Assembly: GCA_040905285.1 (NCBI GenBank)
Contig: JBBDRV010000010.1
Span: forward strand, 1-58,782
From: Balneolaceae bacterium
GTDB taxonomy: Bacteria; Bacteroidota; Rhodothermia; Balneolales; Balneolaceae
Direction: 5' to 3'
DNA length: 58,782 nt
The position numbers were made by a program, and so were the translations under genes. This document shows positions 8,743 to 18,211 of this stretch, piece by piece. Position 1 is the first letter of the stretch. Every line of letters starts with the position of its first letter. Below the pieces are notes generated by a model, which worked only from the letters and a program-made list of their open reading frames with translations, was not told where the DNA came from and ran no database searches.

Positions 8743-10923
8743 ATGAAATCAACACCTCGCTATGATACACTGGCTGCCGCAAGAGGCTGGAAGCCGCTCG
8801 GACCCGACAACGGAACCGGTGAAAAAATGAATATCACTGAAATATTCGGTGAAAACACCTTGAGTCTTGACGGACTGAAAGAACGCCTGTTAAAAGATGC
8901 ATGGAAAGGATTGAAGAAAACCATAGAGGAAGGAGAACCTCTGGACAGTTCTGTGGCTGATGCAGTGGCTATTGCAATGAAGGACTGGGCAACGGAAAAG
9001 GGGGCCACTCATTTCTCACACTGGTTTCAGCCACTGACAGGATTTACAGCCGAAAAGCACGACAGCTTTATCACTCCCAATGTCGGGGGCGGAGCCATCG
9101 CTGAATTTACCGGCAAGGAACTGATCCAGGGCGAGCCGGACGCCTCCAGTTTTCCCAGCGGGGGGTTGCGGCAGACGTTTGAAGCCCGCGGATATACCGC
9201 ATGGGATCCGACATCTCCCGTGTTTCTGGTTGAAAATCCCAACGGCACTTATCTGGCCATACCAACGGTGTTTGCATCGTGGATGGGAGATGCGCTGGAT
9301 CATAAAATCCCGCTTCTCAGATCCATAGAAGCACTTGACAAACAGTCCAAAAGGGCACTGGATCTTTTCGATGTGGAAGCACGCCGTGTGGTTTCCACCA
9401 TCGGCTGTGAACAGGAGTATTTCCTGATAGACCAGGAATTTTTCTACCGGCGCCCCGATCTGATGACGTCCGGCCGGACGCTGGTCGGAGCCAAGCCTCC
9501 GCGGGGCCAGGAGATGGATGACCATTATTTCGGTTCCATCCCGGAACGCGTTCTGTCCTTTATGCTGGAAGCTGAACGGGAACTTTACCGTCTCGGCATT
9601 CCGGTAAAAACCCGCCATAATGAAGTGGCACCGAGCCAGTTCGAAATTGCCCCCATTTTTGAAACCTGCAACATTGCGGCCGATCATCAGCAGCTGATGA
9701 TGCTGACTCTGAAGCGGGTGGCCAGAAATTATGGAATGGAATGCATCCTGCATGAAAAGCCGTTTGACGGCCTTAACGGCAGCGGGAAACACCTGAACTG
9801 GTCCCTGTCGACAAGCAGCGGCATCAACTTGCTGGATCCCGGCGACAATCCCCACAAGAACATGCGCTTCCTGTTTTTCTTCGGGGCTGTGCTGAGAGGG
9901 GTCCATAAGCATCAGGACCTGTTGAGGATTGCGATAGCCAGCGCCGCCAACGATCACCGTCTGGGCGCCAATGAAGCCCCGCCGGCCATCATATCAGCCT
10001 TTGTCGGTGAGCAGCTCGAGGATGTCGTCAATCAGCTTCTGAATGGCGGTTTGAAAGAATCGAAGCAGGGCGGTTTGCTCGGACTCGGATCACCGGTTTT
10101 ACCCAAGATTCCGCTTCATGCGGGAGACCGGAACCGTACTTCTCCGTTTGCCTTTACAGGCAACAAGTTTGAATTCAGGGCTGTGGGCTCAAGCCAGTCC
10201 ATTTCGTTTCCTATTGTCGTTCTCAATACCATTGTAGCTGATGCACTTGATGAACTCTGCAATGAACTGGAAGAATCCGTCGGGGAAAAAGGTCTTGAAG
10301 AATCCCTCAGGGAGGTGCTGAGAAAAAGCTTGAGTGATTCAAGGAATATTATTTTTAACGGAGACGGCTATTCCGGGGAATGGGAAAAAGAAGCTGCCGA
10401 CCGCGGATTGCTGAATCTGCGCTCGACCGCCGACGCGCTGCCGAAGCTGACAGATCAAAAGAACCTCGATCTGTTCGGTAAATTCGATGTTCTGAGCGAG
10501 CGTGAGATCCGTTCCCGCCAGGAGATCTGGGCGGAACAGTATGTGACAACTCTTAATATCGAGGTTGATACGACTGAAGCGATGGCCAGAACCATGATCT
10601 TTCCTGCAGCTGTCCGTTATATCAATGAACTGGCTGCCGCAGTGGTCAGGACCAAAGAGCTGGAGATTAATAACAGCGGTTCCGATTCGATGCTGAAAAT
10701 CGTCAATGAAGCATTGAACACCCTCGGTTCATCTCTTGAAAAACTGAGGGCCGTTCAGGGAAAAATCAGCAATGACGATTTACTGAAGAAGGGAAAGGAG
10801 TATCGTGAAAAAATCATTCCGGTTATGAATGAGATACGAGACTCGGTCGACCTGCTTGAACGGTATGTTGCCGATGACTTCTGGCCGCTGCCGATTTATC
10901 GGGAGATGCTGTTTGTGAAATGA
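8743..10923 (+). CDS. glnN: Glutamine synthetase type III
   Basis: 726 aa, the size typical of GSIII. The N-terminal region and the [12 protein letters not shown] block resemble Bacteroides GlnN (from memory). NEVAPSQFE catalytic block. Confidence 0.9.
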   Translation: MKSTPRYDTLAAARGWKPLGPDNGTGEKMNITEIFGENTLSLDGLKERLLKDAWKGLKKTIEEGEPLDSSVADAVAIAMKDWATEKGATHFSHWFQPLTGFTAEKHDSFITPNVGGGAIAEFTGKELIQGEPDASSFPSGGLRQTFEARGYTAWDPTSPVFLVENPNGTYLAIPTVFASWMGDALDHKIPLLRSIEALDKQSKRALDLFDVEARRVVSTIGCEQEYFLIDQEFFYRRPDLMTSGRTLVGAKPPRGQEMDDHYFGSIPERVLSFMLEAERELYRLGIPVKTRHNEVAPSQFEIAPIFETCNIAADHQQLMMLTLKRVARNYGMECILHEKPFDGLNGSGKHLNWSLSTSSGINLLDPGDNPHKNMRFLFFFGAVLRGVHKHQDLLRIAIASAANDHRLGANEAPPAIISAFVGEQLEDVVNQLLNGGLKESKQGGLLGLGSPVLPKIPLHAGDRNRTSPFAFTGNKFEFRAVGSSQSISFPIVVLNTIVADALDELCNELEESVGEKGLEESLREVLRKSLSDSRNIIFNGDGYSGEWEKEAADRGLLNLRSTADALPKLTDQKNLDLFGKFDVLSEREIRSRQEIWAEQYVTTLNIEVDTTEAMARTMIFPAAVRYINELAAAVVRTKELEINNSGSDSMLKIVNEALNTLGSSLEKLRAVQGKISNDDLLKKGKEYREKIIPVMNEIRDSVDLLERYVADDFWPLPIYREMLFVK

Positions 10924-11009
10924 TCCGTGAGTCGACAGGTTGTAGCCTGCAGATCCCACAGCCTGTAAACGCACAGACTACAGGAAATCAAACAACAGTT
11001 ACTGATATT

Positions 11010-11047
11010 AAAGCCCCCGCTGCCTCAAGGCCGGGGGCTTTAATTTT
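11010..11047. terminator. Bidirectional intrinsic terminator between convergent glnN and menB
   Basis: Stem aaagcccccg (11010-11019) pairs with cgggggcttt (11032-11041). The 12-nt loop contains an extra gcc/ggc pairing. T-runs are available on both strands. Confidence 0.75.
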
Positions 11048-11078
11048 GTGCTGTGTTGTGCCCCGATACCGTTGCCCC

Positions 11079-11912
11079 TTATAATGAAATCCAGGGAAAG
11101 GGGCTGTAATCCGGTTTCCGCTTCTCGAGAAAAGCGTTGCGTCCTTCTTCGGCTTCATCAGTCATGTAGGCCAGCCGGGTGGCTTCACCTGCAAATACCT
11201 GCTGTCCGACCAGTCCGTCATCCGCCATATTGAAGGCGAACTTGATCATCCGTATGGCTGTCGGACTTTTTTCCAGTATTTCCCCTGCCCACCTCACAGC
11301 CGTCTCTTCCAGCTCATCATGTGGCACGGCTTCATTGACCATTCCCATGGCAACGGCTTCCTGTGCTGAATAGCTGCGGCCCAGAAAGAATATTTCCCGG
11401 GCTCTCTTCTGGCCGATCTGCCGGGCAAGCAGTGCTGAGCCGAATCCGCCGTCAAAGCTGGCTACATCCGCGTCTGTCTGTTTAAAAACGGCATGTTCCA
11501 GACTGGCCAGGCTGAGGTCGCATACCACATGAAGGCTGTGTCCACCCCCCACAGCCCAGCCGGGTATGACACAGATCACTACTTTGGACATAAACCGGAT
11601 CAGTCTCTGGATATCCAACACGTTCAGGCGGGCTATCCCGTCATCTCCCCTGTATCCGGTTTTGCTGCGTACTTTCTGGTCACCTCCCGAGCAGAATGCA
11701 TGGACCCCGTCTCCGGCCGGACCTTCCCCGGTCAGCAGTATGACGCCTGTCCTGGTGTCTTCCCGGGCATCCGTAAGGGCTTCCTGCAGTTCAAACAGTG
11801 TTTTCGGGCGGAATGCATTGCGAACTTCAGGGCGGTTGAATGCAATGCGGGCAATCCCGTCCATCTTACCATACGTAATGTCTTCGTAGTCTTTTACTTT
11901 TTTCCAGTTCAT
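11079..11912 (-). CDS. menB: 1,4-dihydroxy-2-naphthoyl-CoA synthase (crotonase fold)
   Basis: 277 aa; blocks FCSGGDQKVR and VIPGWAVGGGHSLHVVCDL, C-terminal FLEKRKPDYSPF. Confidence 0.93.
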   Translation of the reverse strand: MNWKKVKDYEDITYGKMDGIARIAFNRPEVRNAFRPKTLFELQEALTDAREDTRTGVILLTGEGPAGDGVHAFCSGGDQKVRSKTGYRGDDGIARLNVLDIQRLIRFMSKVVICVIPGWAVGGGHSLHVVCDLSLASLEHAVFKQTDADVASFDGGFGSALLARQIGQKRAREIFFLGRSYSAQEAVAMGMVNEAVPHDELEETAVRWAGEILEKSPTAIRMIKFAFNMADDGLVGQQVFAGEATRLAYMTDEAEEGRNAFLEKRKPDYSPFPWISL

Positions 11913-12721
11913 ATGTTCAGTCCGTTAATGAAGTTTTCTATTTCCTTTAGCACTGTCCCGGGTTGATCCCGGTGTACCCTGTGTGATGCTCCGTCAACAA
12001 TCCTGGAGGTGGCAGCCGGCATTTCAGCCTCCATCCGCTGATGAATGGAGATGAACTTGTCATCCCCGCGGCCCGCAAGAAGAAGGGACGGGACATGCAG
12101 GGACGGCAGTTGCTGAAAAACCGGCTGCATGGCTCCGCTGCCGAAGCCGCGCAGGCACGCCGCCATATAAGCCGGATTCTGTAGTTCCATGATGTTTTCG
12201 TACTCAGTCGCCGTGCCCGCTCCACCGCTTCTGAACAGGGGCTTTTGCTGCCAGTCCCTGAGGAATGCCGGGAAATCCTGTTCTATTGCAGCCGCACGCT
12301 CTTCATCGAGTTTTCGCCGGTTCCGGCGCTCCCGCCGGTCGGGGATGCCGGGGGACGTGCTTTCCAGGATCATGCCGTCCATTAAACCGGGATCGCTTAC
12401 TGTCAGTTGCAGCGCCAGCCGGCCGCCCATGCTGTACCCGTAAAGGATGAGAGGGGAAAGGCGGAGGCGGTCCAGAATGGATTTCAGGTCGTTCAGCTGA
12501 TTTCCCGTTATATACCGTTTTGGATCTTCGGAGCCGCTGGTCCGTCCGTGACCGGCCAGGTCCAGTGTGACGGGGTTGCAGAATTCCGCCAGTCTGTCCG
12601 TGAGACAGCTGAACCCCCCGCCGGATCCCATGAACCCGTGTAAAAAAAGGATATACGGAAGGTCCTTCCTGTTCTGAAGAATGTCGGCATAATAGGAAAT
12701 CTGACCGGTATAAAGTTTCAC
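11909..12721 (-). CDS. menH: SHCHC synthase (alpha/beta hydrolase)
   Basis: 270 aa; nucleophile elbow GYSMGGR, HG oxyanion motif (FLHGFMGS); 4-nt overlap with menB. Confidence 0.8.
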   Translation of the reverse strand: MKLYTGQISYYADILQNRKDLPYILFLHGFMGSGGGFSCLTDRLAEFCNPVTLDLAGHGRTSGSEDPKRYITGNQLNDLKSILDRLRLSPLILYGYSMGGRLALQLTVSDPGLMDGMILESTSPGIPDRRERRNRRKLDEERAAAIEQDFPAFLRDWQQKPLFRSGGAGTATEYENIMELQNPAYMAACLRGFGSGAMQPVFQQLPSLHVPSLLLAGRGDDKFISIHQRMEAEMPAATSRIVDGASHRVHRDQPGTVLKEIENFINGLNI

Positions 12722-12739
12722 AACATAGCCTTCTGAAGT

Positions 12740-14461
12740 TTATGGCAGGGACTGACGCTCTCTGTCACTGTTCCACAGCAAATGGCGCAGATTCATGGAT
12801 TCCGCGGGATCGGTTCTGCACTCGATGAGAAGATTCCCTTTCAGATCCAGGTCACCGGGAGTCAGGCTGTCCATTTTTTCCCGTGTGTCAATCAGAAGAT
12901 GAGGAAGATTGTGAGCTTTGGCAAGATGGGGTATCGATACCTCCTGCGGTGTTTCAAAGTAGTCGCTGTAATAGTCGGACCGGCCGTAAACCGGCAGCAT
13001 CCGGAAGATATTGCCGCCCCGGTTGTTAATAACTACAATAATCACAGGATGGTCCAGCTTTTGAATGCCGGCCAGGGCATTGCTGTCGTGGAGGAAAGCC
13101 AGATCGCCGATGTAGACAGCTGTTCTTTCCGATTTCCCCCGGCTGATCCCGATGCCCGTGGAAAGTACACCGTCTATGCCTGCAGCACCACGGTTTACAT
13201 AGGTCCGGTTGAGAGGGCCGGAACGGCGGCTGAAAAGGGCAAGGTCACGGACGGTGAAGGAGTTGGAAACCATGATGTTCCAGCTATCTTTAAAAATACC
13301 GGAGAAGAAATGATACACATGCCCGTCCGTCAGTTTTTCTGTCACGGACAGCCGCTCTTCCAGTATCTCTTCCGCCCCGCTGTCAAGGCGGATCCAGGAT
13401 TTGAGCCAGGCATCCTTTTTTTCCTGAATCCCCGACAGATCCAAAAGGTTCCTGTTTAAAAGTATGCGGTGGTCCACCCTTGCCGCGCTGTCCTGCCACG
13501 TATCGCGGCTCAGCAGCTGGATGACGGGGCTGCCCGGGTTTTCCTTCTCTATTTCCCTGAATAACGGATTGGTCGGTTCGTCACCGGTCCTGAATATCAG
13601 GTCCGGCTGCCGGTCCGGGCCGGAACGGCCCGAATTCAGCAACAGGCCGTACCTGCTGATCATCTTTCCGGAGGAACCGGTGTGAGAGCCGGGCTCAGCA
13701 AAAACAGGCATGTTCAGACGTTCTGCAAGTGCGTTTACCGTATTGCCGGCAGAACGGTATGCTTCGTCGGGGCCTGCAAAGAGAACGGGTTTTTCCGACT
13801 GGTTGATCTTTCTGATTACGTCTTCAGGAAAGGGCTGTACAGCCGGTTTTTTCACCTCCGGAAGCTGTCCTGCCCGGGGGGCTTCAACCTGTTTCATATT
13901 CCGGGCCTTTTCGAGTTTCAGGGTCTCCTGCGAGGGTTCAAGGGGTTTTCGGAAAGGGGCGTTTATATGGACGGGTCCGCTATTCTCCACAGAGGTAAAG
14001 ACGGACTGGCGGGCAAGCAGTTCCAGTCTGCCGAGATCTTCATCACCCCCGGCGGGCTCCCCGAGTTCGTGAAACATGAGTACGCTGTCGCCAAACAGTT
14101 TTATCTGATCGACCGTTTGAGAGCTGCCGGTGCCGCGCAGGTGCGGGGGGCGGTCCGCAGAAATAATGATTAGGGGGATACCCGAATGCCTGGCTTCAAT
14201 AACGGCCGGATAATAGTTGGCTGCTGCCGTACCCGAGGTACAGACAAGTATGGCAGGGCGGCCGGTGGCTTTGCCCGCGCCAAGCGCCTGGAAGGAAGCA
14301 GATCGTTCGTCGAGGATAATGTGTTTACTGAAGCCGGGATGGAGCGCCGCACCGAGCACCAGGGGGGTTGACCTGGAACCGGGGGAGATAAAGACGTGTC
14401 GTATGCCTTCGGTATAAAATGCCCTGAACAGAAATGATGTCCAGGAAAGAGGGTCGTACAT
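12740..14461 (-). CDS. menD: SEPHCHC synthase (ThDP-dependent)
   Basis: ISPGSRSTPL N-terminal block and ThDP-binding GDLAFLHDSNAL...NNRGGNIF. Start placed at ATG 14461 (MYDPLSW...), which removes the 29-nt overlap with menF. The track ORF extends to 14500. Confidence 0.88.
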   Translation of the reverse strand: MYDPLSWTSFLFRAFYTEGIRHVFISPGSRSTPLVLGAALHPGFSKHIILDERSASFQALGAGKATGRPAILVCTSGTAAANYYPAVIEARHSGIPLIIISADRPPHLRGTGSSQTVDQIKLFGDSVLMFHELGEPAGGDEDLGRLELLARQSVFTSVENSGPVHINAPFRKPLEPSQETLKLEKARNMKQVEAPRAGQLPEVKKPAVQPFPEDVIRKINQSEKPVLFAGPDEAYRSAGNTVNALAERLNMPVFAEPGSHTGSSGKMISRYGLLLNSGRSGPDRQPDLIFRTGDEPTNPLFREIEKENPGSPVIQLLSRDTWQDSAARVDHRILLNRNLLDLSGIQEKKDAWLKSWIRLDSGAEEILEERLSVTEKLTDGHVYHFFSGIFKDSWNIMVSNSFTVRDLALFSRRSGPLNRTYVNRGAAGIDGVLSTGIGISRGKSERTAVYIGDLAFLHDSNALAGIQKLDHPVIIVVINNRGGNIFRMLPVYGRSDYYSDYFETPQEVSIPHLAKAHNLPHLLIDTREKMDSLTPGDLDLKGNLLIECRTDPAESMNLRHLLWNSDRERQSLP

Positions 14462-14471
14462 GATTGTCTGG

Positions 14472-16025
14472 CTAGTCGTTGGTGGCCTGCTTGAGGGCAT
14501 TGAGAACCGGATTGAGTTTCATTTCCGTCTCATTCCATTCTTTTTCCGGATTGGAGTCCTGTACAATACCGGATCCTGCATACAGCCGGGCCTGCCGCCG
14601 GTCTATCCATGCACTACGGATGGCAACGGCAAACTCACCGGCACCGGAGAATGTAAACCAGCCCACGGGCCCGGCATACCAGCCGCGGTCCATGTCCTCG
14701 ATCTCATTGATATAGGGGACAGAGGAGCGCTTGGGAAATCCACCGACAGCAGGGGTCGGATGCAGGTTCCCTGCAAGTTCGTGGATGGAGGTTTCCTTTT
14801 TTATCTCTGCATAAATCGGTGTATAGAGGTGCTGCAGGTTATTCAGCTTTTTAATGACGGGCTGACGGCGGTGATCCAGCCGGAGGGCAAACGGCCTGAG
14901 GGTGTTGCGGATATCCTCGACGACAAAATTATGTTCGGAACGTTCCTTGCTGCTTTCCATCAGGGCCTGGCCAAGTGCGACATCCTCCATGGTGCTGTTC
15001 CCGCGGGATGTACTTCCGGCCAGGCCTTCTGTCAGTACTTTATTCCTCCTCAGCGAAATCAGCCGTTCCGGTGAAGCGCCTATAAAGGACGGCCCGTTTT
15101 TGGCAGAGATCATAAAGTTAAAACATTCGGGGAAACGGTGTCTCAGATGATCCATTACACGGGGTACCCGTATGGGCTTTTCCGCCTGAAAGTCCAGATG
15201 CCGTGCAATTACAATTTTCTGAAACGTACCGTCGGCGATCATCTGCATGGACCGGTCTACCTGTTTTCGCCAGTCGGCAAACGAGTTGGACGGCCGGGCC
15301 AGCTGATATTTGTGTCTGCTGTTGTCCGGCCTGCCATCCGGATTTCTGCTGCAGCGGGAATCCGGTCCGTTTCCATTGCTGCCATTCCCGCCGGGACCGG
15401 TGCTGTTCCGGTACCCCGCATCTCCATTGCCGTACGAGGGGTTGCTGTCGGAACAATTTCCTGTTTTAATCCGCCTGCATCGGTTTTTAAAACTGAAAAT
15501 CATTCTTTCCAGCTCATTCAGGAGTGAATCCTGTTTTTTGCCGCAAATCCGGACGGTCAGGGTGAGCAGACAGGTGCTGCCGGACCGGATGAGGGACCAG
15601 TCGGGTAGCAGAAACCGGGCGGCCCCGAAATTCTTCCACCTGTTCTGGATATTGTGGTCGGAAAAGGAATAGCCGCCCAGCAGTACAGGTTCCGCAAGCG
15701 CATGGTTGGCGGAAGAAGCGGCAATATGTTTTCTTTTGAGTTGCCGGCTCTGTTCACTGATCTCCTTAAACCGGTTTGCACCGGTCGCCTTCAATATGAC
15801 GGCAGCCCCGCCTGAGGCAATGGCAAACCGGCGTGCCGGCTGCTCCCAGTAGTACTGCTCTCCCGGCCCCGTTTTTTCAAGATAGGAGAGGGGATCGATC
15901 TCCTGTACCGACAGGGAATAGGACAGCCATTCTTTATCATGATGTGCCTCAAGAAGATCCCGCAGGAGGCGGGTATCAATTTCTTCAATGTACGTCCCGG
16001 CTTTTTGGCGCCGATGATTATACAT
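14472..16025 (-). CDS. menF: Isochorismate synthase, with a low-complexity internal insertion
   Basis: Chorismate-binding domain blocks (LHPTPAVGG, RGWYAGPVGW, AGSGIVQDSNPEKEWNET); first gene of the menFDHB block. Confidence 0.88.
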   Translation of the reverse strand: MYNHRRQKAGTYIEEIDTRLLRDLLEAHHDKEWLSYSLSVQEIDPLSYLEKTGPGEQYYWEQPARRFAIASGGAAVILKATGANRFKEISEQSRQLKRKHIAASSANHALAEPVLLGGYSFSDHNIQNRWKNFGAARFLLPDWSLIRSGSTCLLTLTVRICGKKQDSLLNELERMIFSFKNRCRRIKTGNCSDSNPSYGNGDAGYRNSTGPGGNGSNGNGPDSRCSRNPDGRPDNSRHKYQLARPSNSFADWRKQVDRSMQMIADGTFQKIVIARHLDFQAEKPIRVPRVMDHLRHRFPECFNFMISAKNGPSFIGASPERLISLRRNKVLTEGLAGSTSRGNSTMEDVALGQALMESSKERSEHNFVVEDIRNTLRPFALRLDHRRQPVIKKLNNLQHLYTPIYAEIKKETSIHELAGNLHPTPAVGGFPKRSSVPYINEIEDMDRGWYAGPVGWFTFSGAGEFAVAIRSAWIDRRQARLYAGSGIVQDSNPEKEWNETEMKLNPVLNALKQATND

Positions 16026-16036
16026 GCTTTATCTGG

Positions 16037-16064
16037 ATTGTTTGAACGTCATTGTTTGAACGTC
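16037..16064. repeat. Exact 14-bp tandem duplication (attgtttgaacgtc x2)
   Basis: Direct reading; lies 12 nt upstream of the menF start. Confidence 0.95.
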
Positions 16065-16134
16065 AGCATGCTTTCCATGTCATGCTTTCAGTATTTTCAA
16101 TATAAATTGAAAATAAGGGAATCCAAAGAAGAAA

Positions 16135-16168
16135 CTGCCTGCTCCAATCTGCTGCCTGCTCCTATCTG
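16135..16168. repeat. 17-bp tandem duplication (ctgcctgctccaatctg / ctgcctgctcctatctg) overlapping the stop of the DUF4290-like gene
   Basis: Direct reading; 16/17 identical. Confidence 0.9.
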
Positions 16169-16437
16169 GCGTCATCCTGTTTTCCCGAATCATACGGATT
16201 TTCAATGCCGTAATCATTCGGGTTGTATTCGGCCAGTTCGAAGAAATATTTCCAGGCAAGCAGGCTCTGACCATTGTCATCCACCCAGTTCGGATGGCTC
16301 TGTTTGATGAGTCCGACGACACGTTTGGCGTATTCCAGCCGCTCGCGGGGATCGTCCACACGGGGAAGTGCGTCAATCATCAGATCCAGGTTATAGCCGC
16401 AATCATAATCTTTTGGTTTTTTTTGTTCTAAAAACAT
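16162..16437 (-). CDS. Small hypothetical protein, possibly DUF4290-like
   Basis: 91-aa ORF. The YGYNLDLMIDAL...DDPRERLEYAKRVVGLI...PNW...LAWKYFFEL...NPY pattern resembles my recollection of DUF4290 proteins. Not verified. Confidence 0.5.
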   Translation of the reverse strand: MFLEQKKPKDYDCGYNLDLMIDALPRVDDPRERLEYAKRVVGLIKQSHPNWVDDNGQSLLAWKYFFELAEYNPNDYGIENPYDSGKQDDAR

Positions 16438-16575
16438 TCGACGGGTCTGTTTGTCCTGGTTGAATTATCCTGATTGGATTCTAATACCTGTAATACCTGT
16501 AATAATGTACAAATTTCACCGACAAAATGGTAAGAGGTCTCAGGTCGGCACGGCATGTAAATCACTTTCATACCA

Positions 16576-16680
16576 CCAGGCAATCATGCAAGATACAACC
16601 AGGCAACCAGGCAACCAGGCAACCAGGCAACCAGGCAATCATGCAAGATACAACCAGGCAACCTGTACAACCATGCAAGT
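16576..16680. repeat. Nested repeat: CAACCAGG octamer x5 (16596-16635), flanked by an exact 33-bp direct repeat with 55-bp period, plus degenerate octamers
   Basis: ccaggcaatcatgcaagatacaaccaggcaacc at 16576-16608 and 16631-16663; caaccagg tandem units read directly. Confidence 0.95.
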
Positions 16681-16698
16681 CATCCGGGGACGCTTCCG

Positions 16699-17022
16699 TC
16701 AGGCTTCAGGAGTGGGCCCCCGGTAATTAAACGGAACGTCGAATTTCTCTTTTGACGTGATGGCCCCGTGCTCTTCTTCATACTTCTGCACATTTTCGTT
16801 GAGTGCGGTTGCCAGGCGTTTGGCATGGTCCGGAGTCAGTACCAGACGCTTGACCACCCTGGCCTTCGATACGCCGGGCATAACAGCAATAAAATCGAGT
16901 ACGAATTCGGAAGCCGAGTGAGTGATCATCACCAGGTTTGAATAGGTGCCCTGTGCTTCGCTTTCCGGCAAATTTATCTCCACCTGTTTTTTCCCTGCAG
17001 ATCCTTTCTGTCTATCAGCCAT
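16699..17022 (-). CDS. DUF3467 domain protein
   Basis: 107 aa. The GTYSNLVMITHSASEFVLDFI...RLVLTPDHAKRL block is characteristic of DUF3467 as I recall it. Confidence 0.7.
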   Translation of the reverse strand: MADRQKGSAGKKQVEINLPESEAQGTYSNLVMITHSASEFVLDFIAVMPGVSKARVVKRLVLTPDHAKRLATALNENVQKYEEEHGAITSKEKFDVPFNYRGPTPEA

Positions 17023-17040
17023 AACTAAGTCTGTATCAGT

Positions 17041-18048
17041 TCATGTTGTGGGTTCGGCAGAATCCGTGTCCAGAAAGCTGTTTTCCCGCATCCATTCGTC
17101 ATTGAATATCTTGGAGGCATAACGCGTGCCGCTGTCCGGAAGTATCACTACCATCAGGTCCTCTTTCCCGAGGTTCTGCTCTTTGGCATACTCAATCGCT
17201 CCGTAAACAGCTGCTCCGCAAGAACCGCCGAGAAACAGCCCTTCCTGTTTGGCCAGAGCCCTTGTAGTTAAAAAGGCATTTCTGTCATTAACCTGGATGA
17301 CTGTATCGATCAGCTCCATATTGATATTGCCGGGTATCAGGTCTTCACCGATACCTTCGGTCAGGTAGGGTTTGATTTCATTTTTGTCGAATTCGCCGGT
17401 TTCAAAATATTTTTTAAACACGGACCCGACACTGTCGACCCCAATCACCTGAACATCGGGATTCTGCTCTTTCAGGAACCCCGCAACGCCTGAAATCGTG
17501 CCTCCGGTTCCCATGCCTGCCGCATAGTGCGTGATTTTTCCTTCCGTCTGTTTCCAGATTTCAGGCCCTGTCGTCTCATAATGAGCCCTGGTATTGCTTG
17601 GGTTTTCATACTGGTTGGGATAGTAGGAATTGGGAAGCTCCCTGCTCAGTCGGCGGGCCACTGAGTAATAGCTCCGCGGGTCGTCCGGTTCGACATTTGT
17701 CGGGCATATTCTTACCTCGGCACCAAGAGCTTTAAGCAAGTCAATTTTTTCCTTGCTCTGTTTGTCTGTCGTTGTGAAAATGCACTTGTATCCCTTTACG
17801 GCAGCGGCCAGCGCGAGACCCATTCCCGTATTTCCGGAGGTCCCCTCGATTATCGTACCGCCGGGTCGGAGCCGGCCGCTGTTCTCTGCATCTTCGACCA
17901 TTTTGACGGCTATGCGGTCCTTGATGCTTTGACCGGGATTAAAATACTCTACCTTGGTCAGAATGGTTGCTTCAAGGCCTTCGGACACCTTGTTCAGTTT
18001 AACCAGTGGAGTATTGCCGATAGTCTCAAGGATCGAATTGTAGTACAT
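17041..18048 (-). CDS. PLP-dependent cysteine synthase / cystathionine beta-synthase family enzyme
   Basis: 335 aa; PLP-lysine block NPGQSIKDR, GTSGNTGMGLA, GTGGTISG glycine loop. Confidence 0.88.
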   Translation of the reverse strand: MYYNSILETIGNTPLVKLNKVSEGLEATILTKVEYFNPGQSIKDRIAVKMVEDAENSGRLRPGGTIIEGTSGNTGMGLALAAAVKGYKCIFTTTDKQSKEKIDLLKALGAEVRICPTNVEPDDPRSYYSVARRLSRELPNSYYPNQYENPSNTRAHYETTGPEIWKQTEGKITHYAAGMGTGGTISGVAGFLKEQNPDVQVIGVDSVGSVFKKYFETGEFDKNEIKPYLTEGIGEDLIPGNINMELIDTVIQVNDRNAFLTTRALAKQEGLFLGGSCGAAVYGAIEYAKEQNLGKEDLMVVILPDSGTRYASKIFNDEWMRENSFLDTDSAEPTT

Positions 18049-18211
18049 GCTGAATTAATTTGGTCATGTTTCTTTGCCGTGGAATATAACAAAATGTGTA
18101 TCGATCTCTTAACGGTTATCCTCCGTCTGCTGAGGCCGGCCGGAAGCCTTGTCCGGTCGCAGGTGACGTTCGCTGACAGGCTGGTGGCTGGTCCGTCTTT
18201 GCATTCCACGC

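Noticed and set aside
16451-16730. ORFs of 60-91 aa inside repeat regions: 16451..16726 and 16527..16730 (plus strand), 44121..44357 (minus), 44259..44453 (plus)
   Set aside because: Their open frames are produced by the tandem repeats themselves (QPGNQATR and MSCRSRS iterations). They have no start context and no recognisable domains.
18078-18210. 8-bp inverted repeat cgtggaat / attccacg bracketing the cysteine-synthase leader; possible riboswitch (SAM-type) closing stem
   Set aside because: An 8-bp match at about 115-nt distance is within chance expectation for this region. I could not find any SAM-I, SAM-II or other conserved riboswitch core sequence in between.
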